Part shown: positions 23,638-36,300 of the stretch, piece after piece
Position numbering within the stretch: position 1 is the first letter of the stretch
How the letters are laid out: every line of letters begins with the position of its first letter
Assembly: GCA_951406725.2 (NCBI GenBank)
Contig: OX597816.1
Span: 100,626,001-100,690,000 of the forward strand
Direction: 5' to 3'
Source: Octopus vulgaris
Taxonomy: Eukaryota
DNA length: 64,000 nucleotides
The notes under the pieces: generated by a model
Told to the model about the DNA's origin: nothing
Seen by the model: the letters and a program-made list of their open reading frames with translations, nothing else
The model's database searches: none
Translations under genes and position numbers: made by a program

Positions 23638-25457
23638 CATCTACTCATGTAATTTATGCACCCATTAAAGTTTATTTTTCTTTTTGTGAAAAACAAGTAC
23701 ATAAATTACATGGGTTTTTACAGTATATATCTATCTATCTATATATATATGTAAAAATGTATGTGTATATATTTGTGTATGTATAATACACACACACATA
23801 CATGTATATACTAACCTAAGTAAATATAGCAAATTTGCTGATACAAATGTGTATGTTTCATAAAGAAACATTTATCCTCATTGTGTAAATTAAACTTAGT
23901 GGTTAAACTATTGGGCTTTCTTTACAAATTGAGTAGTGAGTTAACTAGTTTCACCTGGTCATGATTGGCTTATCTAAAATATTTAGTTGTAATGCATATT
24001 GTTGTGACAGATTACTGATTGATAAATCATATATATATACTTATATGTATATATTTAATAAGCGTGCATTTAGTCTTACTGTACAAATAGACCTTATTGT
24101 TAAACCACAAAGCTTTCTCTACAGAACAACCCGAAGAGCAGTTCTAGTTTTGCACTGTCATTTCTAGTTAATTGAAAGTGCTTGCTTAATTTGTTTTACT
24201 GATAGAGACTGTAGCTTACAATTACTTCTGAAAATGCAGTGAAAGGTAGACGCTACTTTTTTCTCAATTACACCTCATTATATTTGTTAGTCAAACTTAT
24301 TCATTAGTGATGCATACATGTCACTGTTTCTGAATCTTTTTGTTTTTAAATATACATTTACCCCAAAAGACTCATATCTGTCAGTATATGCAATATATTT
24401 TTCTGCATCACTCACTTTGCTTATTTTAACAGATATCATTAAATCAAATAGGACACCACAATATTCTGTAGAGGTTCTTTCAAATGTGCTACCATGTAAA
24501 TAACCAGTTTAACATATTCTGGCTTCATTTCTTTTCCTTTAAATTCTGAATATTGATTTATTACCATGACACATGTATAAAATATCTTTAAAATTTAAAC
24601 ATTCTATGGTGTTATACTTTATATGTAACTGGTTTCATTTTTTTTCCAATAATGTTCCTGTACTAAGATGTTCCTTATCTGTATGAGTCATGACATTTTG
24701 TGAACTGAAGTGATAAATAAGACAAGATCAATAACTAGTAGTCTTGCTCTACTAAATTTTCAGTTTCTTCATTTGGAAACATTGCTGCTACAGTTGCTTC
24801 CCTCTAAGCATTTGACATAGATAAATGCAGTTTATTGACTGATGCCTGTTAGTGCTTTGCAGTTCTTCAGTTTCTGTCAACATCTTTAACCGACATATGG
24901 GCTACAATATGTCCCTGGCCTAAACACTTAGCTTTACAATTAGTTAATTACTTCACACATAAAAATATATGTCCATTGCTTGCTTGGAACTTTTCTGTTC
25001 ACTTCTATTGCATTGCATGTTTATGAATGTAACAAGCAAATTTATTAATTGTATTACAGCAAGCAGAAATTGTTAAATAGTTTGTCAGCTCGAAACATGG
25101 ACAAACACACACGTGCACAAACAAGTATGCATGTGCACAAATACACACACATACATACATGGTTATATTATCCAGCTTAAGGTGCTATATCACCTGCTAC
25201 TTATTTTAATTTAGATGGGATGGAGATAATACTAGATAATAAAACAATACTTGAAGGATGGACCAGGGACTGCTGGAGCAGCAAAAGCAGATACAAATGA
25301 AGCTGCCAAAGTGCCAAAGTTAATGGAAAGAGACCCGGCAGTTGTCTGCTGCTGAGGTTTGTTAAGTAATGTTCATTTACTCACCTTTACACATTCAGTT
25401 TATATCTTAATAATTTGAAACCAAAAAATTGCATCTTTCCATAAAATTATTTTACTA

Positions 25458-25935
25458 CATCATCATCATCGTTTAACGTTCATTTTCCATGCTGGCATGG
25501 GTTGGACGGTTTGACTAGGGACTGGCAAGCTAGGAGGCCGCACCAGGCTCCAATCTGATCTGGCAGTGTTTCTATAGCTGGATGTCCTTCCTAATGCCAA
25601 CCACTCTGAGCATATAGTGGGTGCTTTTTACATGCCACCAGCATGGGAGCCAGTCAGGTGGCACTGGCATTGGCCACTTTCGGATGATGCTTTTTATGTG
25701 CTACCGGCACAGGAGCCATTTGGGGCGGGGCGGGGGGGGTTACTGGCGTCGACCATGTTAGGATGGTGCTTTTTATGTGCCGCCAGCGCAGGGAGCCAGT
25801 CAAGCAGAACTGGCAATGACCCATGCCTGCATTGTGCTTATTGCATGCCACCAGCATGTGAGCCAGTCAGGTGGCACTGCCATTTGATTGTGATTTGATT
25901 TGTTTTGATTTTACTTGACTTAATAGGTCTCCTCA
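25458..25935 (-). mobile_element. RTE-type 3' end with four internal repeats
   Basis: Begins (CAT)n-CGTTTAACG..TTTCCATGCTGGCATGGGTTGG; reverse complement of 1616-2012. Confidence 0.88.
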
Positions 25936-28310
25936 AAAAGTACTTTTTAAATGGGCTGGTCATGTAACACTGGTGTAGGAAAATACTTTTGTGTGTGAGA
26001 AATAGATATCTCTTAGAATAATTGAAATTGAGGGATTGGTAAGTGAAATATAAACAATACTCAATAACAATGGCTAGTCATTGAGTCATGATTTTATTTG
26101 TTGTGATTGAGCATGAAAACAAAGAGCATCAGAGTTCCTGACATGATATCTCTTCTATTTTGCTTTTTAAACTCCTGATTTTATCTACTGTCCTCATGAA
26201 AAGCCATTTCTAACAAACTCTGAAAAGATATTTGATATTGGTCTAGTTGTAAATTTTTTCAAGTATGACCAAGTTTATCAAATTACAAGGCTCCATTTTC
26301 TTGTTTTCTTCATGCCAAATTATAGATAAAAAAGTAAAGATATACTGGAAATTTTCAAGATTGATACTCGAGTCATGACTTTATTCAATGTTTCTGACTT
26401 CACTAATCTTTCTTGTTTACTAACATAAAATTATTTGTCATAACATTCCTTTTATTTCTTGATCTATTATACTTTCTTTGCAAACTTTTAGTATAATTTC
26501 TCTAATGATAATAAATATCTTATCTCTTTCAGAATATCTCTTAATACCTCCCAGCTAATCTCATTTACATACAATATTTGATATTAGAATTCTTATAAAT
26601 TCAGTTGAGTAAAATGTTTGTGTGTATATATATGTGTATATAAGTGTGTGTGTGTGATAAAATATTATATTAATAAAAGGATATATTTCGATAACCCTTG
26701 TACATACATTTTTATGTTATTTGAAAAGTATTTAAAAAGTAAATATTTAAAAACAAATATAATTTCCTCAGCAATTGAAATCAAAATAAATGCTTGAAAT
26801 GAAGAAAAATATAGCATTCGTTGTTACAAGTTGAAGAATGCAAACCATATGGTTGATGTAAGAAAAACGAAATAGATAGAACAAAGAAAATAAAACTGGA
26901 AAAACAAAAATAATGGTCAAAACAAAATGTGAAAGATGGATGTCTAATAAATTAATGTTCCCACACACATACATATATATGTATGTATGTTTGTATATGT
27001 GTGATATCAAATATGTTAAGGATGTATTCTCTTTCACTTGTTTTGAATAACTCTTTTTTCATGTCCATTATTCACTACAATGCAACATGATCCTCTAATG
27101 TATTTGAAGTAATCAGAAGTAATCATTTTCAGTATTAGCTATATCATTGCTTGATTTCTACTGCTATCAAATTGCAAATTAGTTTTTAAAATTTGTTTAA
27201 ACTAAATAGCAGAATATATCTATTATTTGCTTTCACAAATTTTGTTTTCTCTGCTCAAAGTTGTATGATCCTAGAAATGACTTTTGTTTTAAATGAAATA
27301 TATTTAAAGTACTTTCAACCATAAACATAGCATTTTGTTAATCTTACAGAAGTTTCGCTTCTTATACATTCTTAAACTGAGATATTTTCAGGTCTTTATA
27401 TCTCTCTAGATTTCATCTGCTATTTATTGAATCTCATTCTTTATGTCCATGTTTTACTGTATTTGCTTCTCTTCCCTAACAATACTATCTTACAAGATTT
27501 TTTTCCACTTTACTGATTTCTGTTTTATTTCTATTCTGTTTCTGATTGATGGATTTCTACTCCAACATGGTTAGCTACTTTTAAAATTATATTTATTTTT
27601 TTACTCCTGTTTTCTTGTCTCCATGCTTGGATATCTTTATTGTGAACACAAGTTGACCTGCTCCCAATACTAATGTTTAGTTAGTTATTGTTGTTGCATA
27701 TGTATCAATTAAAAATATACAAATTTATCAGAAAACTAACATAGTTATTTGAGCTGATTTCCTAAATTCGCCTGGCAATTCTCACAATAACAAAGCTACC
27801 ATGTAAGTCCCCTCACCTTTTGGCATTTGGGTGTGCCTTTGCTTTGTTGCTGCACTATCAATATGGTCTTAGAAAGTGGGTGGTAGGAAAAAACAAAGCC
27901 AAAGCTGCATGACAGCCAGCTAAAAAGGGTAACCAAACTGTCCCTTACAGGAAAATTTGTATATGTATGTGTGATAATAATTCATGTTTAAAGACTGTAA
28001 ATATTTCTGAAACTTGCATAGTTTGAAAGTATTATAAAAGAGATATACTAATTGGGCAATTCTTGAGTTTCAGGCGTTACTTTAAATTTCATTGCAGATG
28101 AAAATCATTTTTCTATCATGACTGGTTTATTCTGAGGTCATTTCGCAGCCAAATTCTTTGTCATAAACTTAGTTTATTTTGGCATAGTTGTTATATATGT
28201 ACGCACACATGCACGCTCGTATGTATGTATGTATGTATGTAGAAAAAGAAAAGGAAAAGATAAGAAAGGTTCTCTAACAATGCAGGAAGTTTACTAAAAC
28301 CTTTATATTT

Positions 28311-28365
28311 AGGTGCAAAAGCCCATCCTCAGATGGATGCAGTCTGAGGATGGGCCTTTGCACCT
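28311..28365. other. 23 bp stem / 9 nt loop hairpin made of two divergent CTGAGGA-containing halves (HHR-like or pre-miRNA-like)
   Basis: AGGTGCAAAAGCCCATCCTCAGA-tggatgcag-TCTGAGGATGGGCCTTTGCACCT, 22/23 paired; GAAA follows at 28367-28370. The hairpin is certain, its interpretation is not. Confidence 0.8.
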
Positions 28366-29756
28366 GGAAAGAAAAAAGAAAACAATTCAATTCAATCTCT
28401 GGACTCCATCAGGTGTCTTATTCCTGAATATGGTCAGTAGTTTAGTGGATAAGGATATCACTAAATTTTGATGAGTTCAATAGATGTAGTGTGAATAAAA
28501 TTATTATAAATGTTTATATAAAATAAGAGTTAATAATCTAGGAAATTATGAATCCCATTTTAAATAGTTTAACTTTTAACCAACTCCATTTAAGGTACTG
28601 GTGGTGTTTGATCTCAGCTAGCCCTGGTCAAAGGCATTCCCACCATGACTACTGTCAATTTTTGTAAGACATAATACATTTAATATGGAAGGGTTTTTTT
28701 TTTTTACATATTTTTGAAGTAGGTGTGGTATAATACAAAGAGATTTTAATGCTATTTATAACAGATCAAGACACCACTTTCATGTTTCTGTCTTGACTCA
28801 TTCACATTGTGTGTGCATATTCTGAGTATGCGTGAATGTGTGTTGTATCAGTTGGAATGGAGATTATGATAAGATTAATCTTAAACCTTCTTGAGAATAC
28901 CTCTGATATCTTTGTGTTTGTTCTTTGTGAATGTCATAGTTTTGTAATCTTTATATATGTGTGTGTTATACTGTGTGTCTGTGTTACTCTTTGTGAGTGT
29001 ATGCTCATTTATATATTAGTTTTTCACTGATTACAAAACAAAACAAGTTGCTGAATGACAAAAGTTAGATGTATTTAACTAAGATCATTGTAAAAAAAAA
29101 AATAGAGCTGAAAATAAATTGTGCTAAAATTAGTTAAAAATCATAAACAATGTTTTTTCAACCAAAACAAAAAGTTCAACTTCAGCTTAACTCCATGATT
29201 CCTACGTGGAACAAATCATTGTTTTAAGTCACCCAGTAGTTCAAACTTCTACACTTGTTGACCTTTTATAAGTATATGAGATAATTTTATGTGTGCATGC
29301 TTGTGTGTGTGTTGATGTATCTGTAAATTTTGTTGTTTGCTTTTGTGTAATTGTGTTATGTTTCCTACTGTCTGATGCACATGTGCATACAAAAAGTTAA
29401 AAGAAGGGCCCTATTATTTCCAGATTTTCTTTATCAGGCTTTTTCTTTTTTCTTGTTTTTTTTTTGCATAACTATATATCATGAACTGAGATTTTTCATA
29501 GATTAGCTACTTGAATCAAGGATATCTTTCATTGGCATTTGTACAAGATGTTCTTGATGGCCCATTTACAACATATTTGCTATTATTATAATAGTGGTAT
29601 CATGGGGAACTAGGTGTCTTGTCTTTACATATCTTTCTTTGTGATGGGGTAAAATTCTGCCAGAATAAGCTTCACTTTTCTTCTCCCTGGGATTGGTAAA
29701 ATAAGTATCATTTATATTGTAGTGTTAATTTAATTGAATACACACTGCTGCTTCTA

Positions 29757-30005
29757 TTGGGTTGGTGCGTAATTATTGTGGCTTTTTTTCAACAAATTTT
29801 ATTCAACAAAAACAATAACAATATTTAAAAAAAACATCTTTAAATGATGGTCTGACCATCTGCCAAGCAAATGGGAAGCAGTAATTGAAGTAGATGGTGA
29901 ATATGCTCTGGAATAATCATTTAAAGATGTTTTTGTTACATGTTGTTATTGTTTTTGTTGAATAAAATTTGTTGAAAAAAGCTGCAATAATTATGCACCA
30001 AACAA
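29757..30005. mobile_element. Mariner-derived MITE with ~90 bp inverted arms and a transposase C-terminal remnant
   Basis: TA-TTGGGTTGGTGCGTAATTATTG ... CAATAATTATGCACCAAACAA-TA; centre translates DHLPSKWEAVIEVDGEYALE*. Confidence 0.9.
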
Positions 30006-33000
30006 TATTAACATACTTTACACCATTGAGTTAATACTTAAGATGGGAACTTTTATTATAGATTATATTCCCTTATCGGGCCACTTCTACAGAAATAATG
30101 AAAAGCTATTCTTTGATAAGTGTTTAATTCTAATTCTAAGACTTCAAATTTTAATATCTATTTTAACTTTTGTCGTCTATAAGTGTAATTATCTGAACTA
30201 GTTGATATTTTTCAACATGATGATGCAATTTATGGTCAAGTTAAAACTTCTGTATTTGTTGTAGTTTAATATTAGGAAAAACACTTCTTTGCCTGCTTCA
30301 GACTACATAGTGAACAACTGATTTAAGTGCACACCAATTTCATGCATGTTTGATTAGCATTTAAATGATCTTCCAGCTTTGACAATTCATCAAATAATAT
30401 TCCAATATCCAAATTTACAAAGCTATTTTCACTCAAAGTAGCAAGTTGGACTAGATAATAATGAAAATATAATAACTAACAGTCTACTGCAGCTGTAATA
30501 ATAGTCCTTGTTCAAATATCTTTTAAAACTAATTTGATATTTAAATCCACTGCTACAAATCTGCTCTTGATTTAATTGGATTAGAGGGGCTCTTTTGTAC
30601 ATCAATGCAAAGCCATACACATTCTCCCCAAAATCTTCCTCCTGTTATTTCCAATCCTCTTGTTGCATCTCTTCTAGCTTACAATATTGAAATTACATAG
30701 CACTGTTATTTGGTAAGGAAATGTTATTATCAGTGTGGAAATTCTCAGGATTATATCAATCTTATTGATAAATGTTGATAGTGGGTCAGTCTCATTATTT
30801 GTAAGAAAACATCTTTGATCACATTTGGTTAAGGTAATTTTGATGCATCTTTCCGTGTTTTACTGATATTATTTCATTACACAGCAGAATGGTGTGGAAA
30901 AATGTAGTAGTTCTTAAATGTGCAGCTTTTGGTAGAAATAAATTGTTTCTTGTATAGAGAAGAAAAAGTAGCCTCATGGGAAAGTTTTTTATGAATATGT
31001 TAATATGTTGTACAACTTTCAGAATCCTTGAACTGGAAAATTACATAACACCCATTGAACATATGAGTGAATTAATTAATTCTATGTGAGTAAGTATTTC
31101 TAGCCTTTTCCTAAAACAATTTTGGTCTCTAATCCATAGGATAAATGTGTGTTGTTAACAATTGAAGGATTTCAGTTTAAACTAAAAGCAAAACTCATAT
31201 ATTTCCTTATACAGAATAAAATCAATGATATACACCAGATCATGTTATCTGGTTTTGAAAGCAATCTGTGAGACTATATTTGATTCTAACTATCTTGAAG
31301 CTTATGATTCTCTGCTAGAGATTCTTCAATTGTTAGACTCGAGAGGTCTTTCCAGGTTTTGTATTATCAAAATTGTTTTAAAGTAAAGTTTAAAATACTT
31401 TCTTTCATAGAATACATAGATTATGGTCAAGATATTATAATACAAGGGGAAGTAGAATTAATTGTTTGTATGTAAGAAAGAATGGTCTCTAAGTAGCAAT
31501 ATTATAAGAACTATAGTCATGAACTGGTTGATTCAGAGAGCAATGATATATTCAACTGGAATTCTTACACCATAATAAACTACAAACCACAGATATTCAC
31601 ATCCATATTTGCTTGCATTACTATGCACACATACACACAAATACACAAATATGATACTTTACACAAGTGGGGAATTGTGGAAAGGGGAAGTACCATGTCT
31701 TTTCAGAAAGAAAATAGTGTATTTAAATATGTAATTTTAGCAATAAAATTGCATGCTTGTTTGTAAACATCATTGGTGTCTGCCTACAGTTTCAGTTAAA
31801 ATGAAGTTAACATATTATGTCACAAACTAGTAATAATTATTTACTTACCTTCACGCTTGTGCTTATGGTCCAGTCAATTAGTCTTATGTAAATGGTGCTA
31901 TATAGACACAAATATGTAATAGTGGATATATTCAGTTGCACTCACATAATTAAGAACCTGTTGAAAAATATGTTCATTCATTCAACATCAACATACATTA
32001 ATGTTACTGTAACAATAGTGTCATGCACTTTTGAATATTATATTAAGTTCCAATGAGTGTTAATGTTCTTCGTGCTACAAGTATTATTGCTAACATGTAG
32101 AAATTAATGATTTATATTTACGAAATATCAAGTGAATAAAATGGGAATAGATTCAATTTCTTTAATTAAACTTATTTTAAAAAAGATTCTCCTCTTTTGA
32201 TAAAATGAAAACATAACATGCAAGAAGCTAATGAATACTTGTTACTATATCTAAATCTGTGTGCATACTCTCTCTTTTGGACTATGAAGAAATGGAAGTT
32301 TCTTTCAGTAACATTTTCAAGTGCCAGTTATTAAACATGTATCAGCTCTTAAAGTGTTTTCAAGCCAGTTTTATGTTTTTGATGTGGTCTAGAATTTGGG
32401 GGTATGTAGTATCTGTGCCTGCATATTTGTGTAGTACTTAATTGTGGTCTGCAGTTCTACTTCTAGTCAGTGAGTAATTGATAAGAATCAAAGTATGTAT
32501 TTGTTCTGAAGAGGATGCTTTAATTTTTGGATGCAGCTTAGGCATTGGTTTAAGTCTTGTAATCATCATGAACAATTATACAGAATTTATTGCAGCTTTA
32601 TGAGTTTTTAAGTTGTTATCACTTGAAATGATGTAGAGCTGTGATAAATCCTTGCTAATAAGATAACTAAATCAGGGTTTACTGCTATCGTGCTTCCACA
32701 TTTCAACTTCGAGAACAATACGATAAGAAAGATATGAACAATTTTGTAGCTGTTTACAAAAGCATAGAGAATTACACATATTTCTGCATTTAAATAGTCA
32801 GTAGAAACCTGATTGAATGTGGTCCATTGTTGTTACATGATATCAACAATCTTATCTTTTCTATGAAAAACAAACAGCTAAAAACATTCAGTTTTGCCAA
32901 TAATTACCTTTAGTTTAGATGCCTGAGTAATGATGATATAAGATTGAACTGTTGGATATAAATCTGAAAATTCTTTTATAATCTTTGGTGCTTTTTCTAT

Positions 33001-33139
33001 ACATTTGACTATGAAATTAATGACAGTGTTTATCATTAATCCAGTAATATTATAAATAAATGCTACATATCTCAGAACATTTGACAATGTAGTTTAATTC
33101 TATAATTTATATTATATAACTAATAAGCATTCTTTGTTA

Positions 33140-33315
33140 GTGTGTGAAGGTGTGTCTTTAAGTGGTTAGGGTAGTCAGCTCACAATTGTAAGATCATGAG
33201 TTTGATTCCCAGCAGCAGGAATCAGTAGATGTCCTTGAGCAACACACTTCATTTCACATTGCTCCAGCCCATTCAGCTGTCAAAAGTGAGTTGTACATAT
33301 AACTCAGAAGGGCTA
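33140..33315 (+). mobile_element. Diverged tRNA-derived SINE (second family)
   Basis: AGTGGTTAGGG..CTCACAATTGTAAGATCATGAGTTTGATTCCC..GTCCTTGAGCAACACACTTCATTTCACATTGCTCCAG; related copy at 57165. Confidence 0.75.
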
Positions 33316-36300
33316 ATGTTTATGAGCATTGTACTTTTGCCAAAAAAATGTTCTTGTAGTTTTTTAATTATTTGAAATGTAAAATTTCATAATTGACTAA
33401 TGGATAGCTAATTAGTAAAATATTTAAGAAGAATTTAGGATGAAATTTGATTAAAAGTATGTTGTGATTCTCAGTTGATATGTGCAAGAATCCAGTAACC
33501 AGAAAGTAGACAAAATTAAGACTAAAGCATCATCTTGTGCTAGAACTATACAAAATAATTTCTATAGAATAATCTTGTTTGTTGTACTGAGTGTGCAGAT
33601 GTAATCATGATATTTTATAAACTGGTTTATCCATGGATATATAGAAAATAGATACTAAAAAATCAACTAAAATATCCAGGAATGAACAACTTCGATGTTG
33701 GACCTGAAGATTCATTATATACTATTTAACTCTCAAATGTCCTATGCTACAAAACAACTGCAACTATCACCAAGACTTGAACTGTACTTAGCTACAATTC
33801 AAATAGTGTTGTTGTTTGGGACAAAAATCAAAGCACAGAAACTAAGTACTCTACTCCAGAAAGAACTTGCTCTGAAAAGACTTCTGTCTGCCCCATGTCT
33901 CTTTATTTTTTGCAGATTATTGTGTTTATTTTTTGTAGATTATTTCGTATCTTTCTTTCTTCAGTTTTCAATCATCATAATGATACCTCAAGTTATGAGG
34001 AAGAAGCTGGTGATTTTGTTTATCAATAATTTATTTATTATTATTTATTGATGATTTATTTCAAGAAAGAGAGCTTAGACATAGTGAAAATAGGCAGAAT
34101 GATACTTTAGTGTCATTTGATTATACCAATGTGAACTTTATATAGGGATTTATCAATTCTCTGCATGTGAAATGATCATATACTTAATCATTGCATTCAA
34201 TCTTTCATTAGTGATGTAGGCTTTAAAAACTTTGAACATAGAGGCAAGTCCCGTTGAATATTTTCTTTAACTTTCTTCATGAGAAACTTCTGTTAGGATG
34301 AGGGATGAGGTCACATGGTAGGCACATTAACACAGCAATATCACCTTCATTACAAAAATGAAAATGAAGGCATATCTCAGAATGTGTTTTCTGGTGTTAG
34401 ATGTGCATCTAAGTTACAGAAACTATTGGAACACAATTTTAGCTTTGAGATAGGAAACCAAGGAATCAATATCTTATAAATTGATGTGAAAACTCTGTGT
34501 AATCAACTCAACTGTATTCAATTCACTAGAGCAGATAAAAGTGACATGGCAAGAGGTAAATGTCTATAACATGTAAACATCACATTCACAATTTACACCA
34601 ATAATTTCATATCAACAAGTTTAATTTAAATTCATGCAATAGTTATATTTTTATGATTTTTTTCTCTAAAAAGGCTGGGAGACTTAAATAACAAAAGCAC
34701 TACCAGAATTTAAGTAAGAAATTGTTCAAATATTTCAATTTATTAAGAACACCTACTTGCAATTGGAAATAAAGCTAAAGATAACACATTATTAAGGAAA
34801 ACACATAGAGGGAAGAAAATCGGGGAACTGCTGCCATTCATTACAGCAAGGAAAATCACTGCATGAAGTATAGATTTATATGTCAGACGTGATGTCTTTC
34901 AACAAGAAACACAATCAATGTTCACAGAAATCCTGCATTTGAGAGAATACAATTAAATATTATCTACTTGGTGTACCAAAGAGTTTGAGTTTGCAAAATA
35001 AGAAAATAAATCTTAGAATTTATGAATATATGCAACGGGAAATATGATAATGCATTGGATGTATGATGTGAAAGAATGATATAAATCTAGTGTGAACATT
35101 TTTCTGAGTTTCTAGCAGTTGTAATATAGAGGCAAGTCCCAGAATGTTTTCATTGAAATTGTTGAACCTTGTAGATGAGATAACCTAGAATCGATATGTT
35201 TGGTAAAATTAGCTTCCTGACAGTATTTGATCAATATTGACATAAAAAAAAATATGCAAAATAGATCATAATGTTGATTAGGAGGTATTCACTACATGAC
35301 CCAGACTGATCTCCCTCTTTTACAATATACCATACATGAAAGATTTTCACTTTTTAAATAATATATAATACTGCCAATTTAAAGTTATTTTCACTTCAAT
35401 ACTACCAGCTCTACACATTCCTATACATTTCCATTTTAACATGCTAATGATGAAATCTTTTGTGTATATGAAATGAGAATCCTTTTGCTGTCCATAAAAT
35501 GGGTTAAACATTCCCAGAACCCATTTCCTCAACTTCAGATTTGCTTTTATAAATCTCTTATTGCTGGGCATTTTAAATTTCTTATTGAAACAATTATATG
35601 ATATACTTATGTTGCTATTGATTCTGTGAAGAGTGAACAGTCCATTACATGTTTTGTGTCTAAAATATTTGCATCATTAGTTTTCATTATTTCCCTGACA
35701 TTTGCACTTTGATACTCCAACTAGTAATTGAGTTTGCAAACATAATTGTGGTATATGGGACCATTATTAAGTAGTATCTAAACTATTATGCTTCCTAATA
35801 AAGTTTGCATATAAAGAGGCCAGTAGTGACCTTCACCTAATGAAGATAAGAGCTTGCACAAATAATGTGCATGTTTAGATATAGTTAGCAGTTAAACTTT
35901 GAATATAAAAGGTTGTTACTAAATACTGAAAACCATCTAGTCTGCTGCTTCCTCACCACCTTCAGCAATGTTTTGTGATAGTTGAAACTCATGTTTTATC
36001 AAAATGCACAGACCAATTTACATTAAAAAATGAAAATATTGATCAAGTTAATTGATGAAATATTTCACTAGAAATTATAAGAAATTTCAGTCATTACAGA
36101 TTTAACAAATGAGGCCTAGTGCTGGATTAACCTAACAGCAAGAACAGCAAATGCTACTGGCTGCACATTTACAGGAGCTCCACACTAAATACTTATTTAC
36201 TGTAGTCCAATACCACCTACGACTTATATGAATACTGGATGTTTAATATTGGTCGAAATATCAAGGCACTTCCAAGGTTAAATATACTTAAGCAAATTAC

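Larger units (their letters stand above)
20520..23723. mobile_element. Non-autonomous Tc1/mariner-pogo-type DNA transposon, 3.2 kb including nested sequence
   Basis: TA-CCATAAAAACCCATGTAATTTGTGCAC ... GTACATAAATTACATGGGTTTTTACAG-TA: 27 bp TIRs, TA TSD, subterminal CTACTCATGTAA at both ends. Confidence 0.85.

Noticed and set aside
29080-29097. bantam miRNA-like TAAGATCATTGTAAAAA
   Set aside because: Seed mismatch, runs into poly-A, no precursor hairpin.
34238-35140. 15 bp direct repeat ATAGAGGCAAGTCCC ~890 bp apart
   Set aside because: Near chance expectation for a window this size; flanking similarity too weak to call a duplication.
35213-35228. miR-8-like AATACTGTCAGG on minus strand
   Set aside because: Only a 12 nt match, no hairpin.
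36113-36190. hAT-like terminus (GTGCTGGATTAACC..)
   Set aside because: No partner TIR or TSD found.
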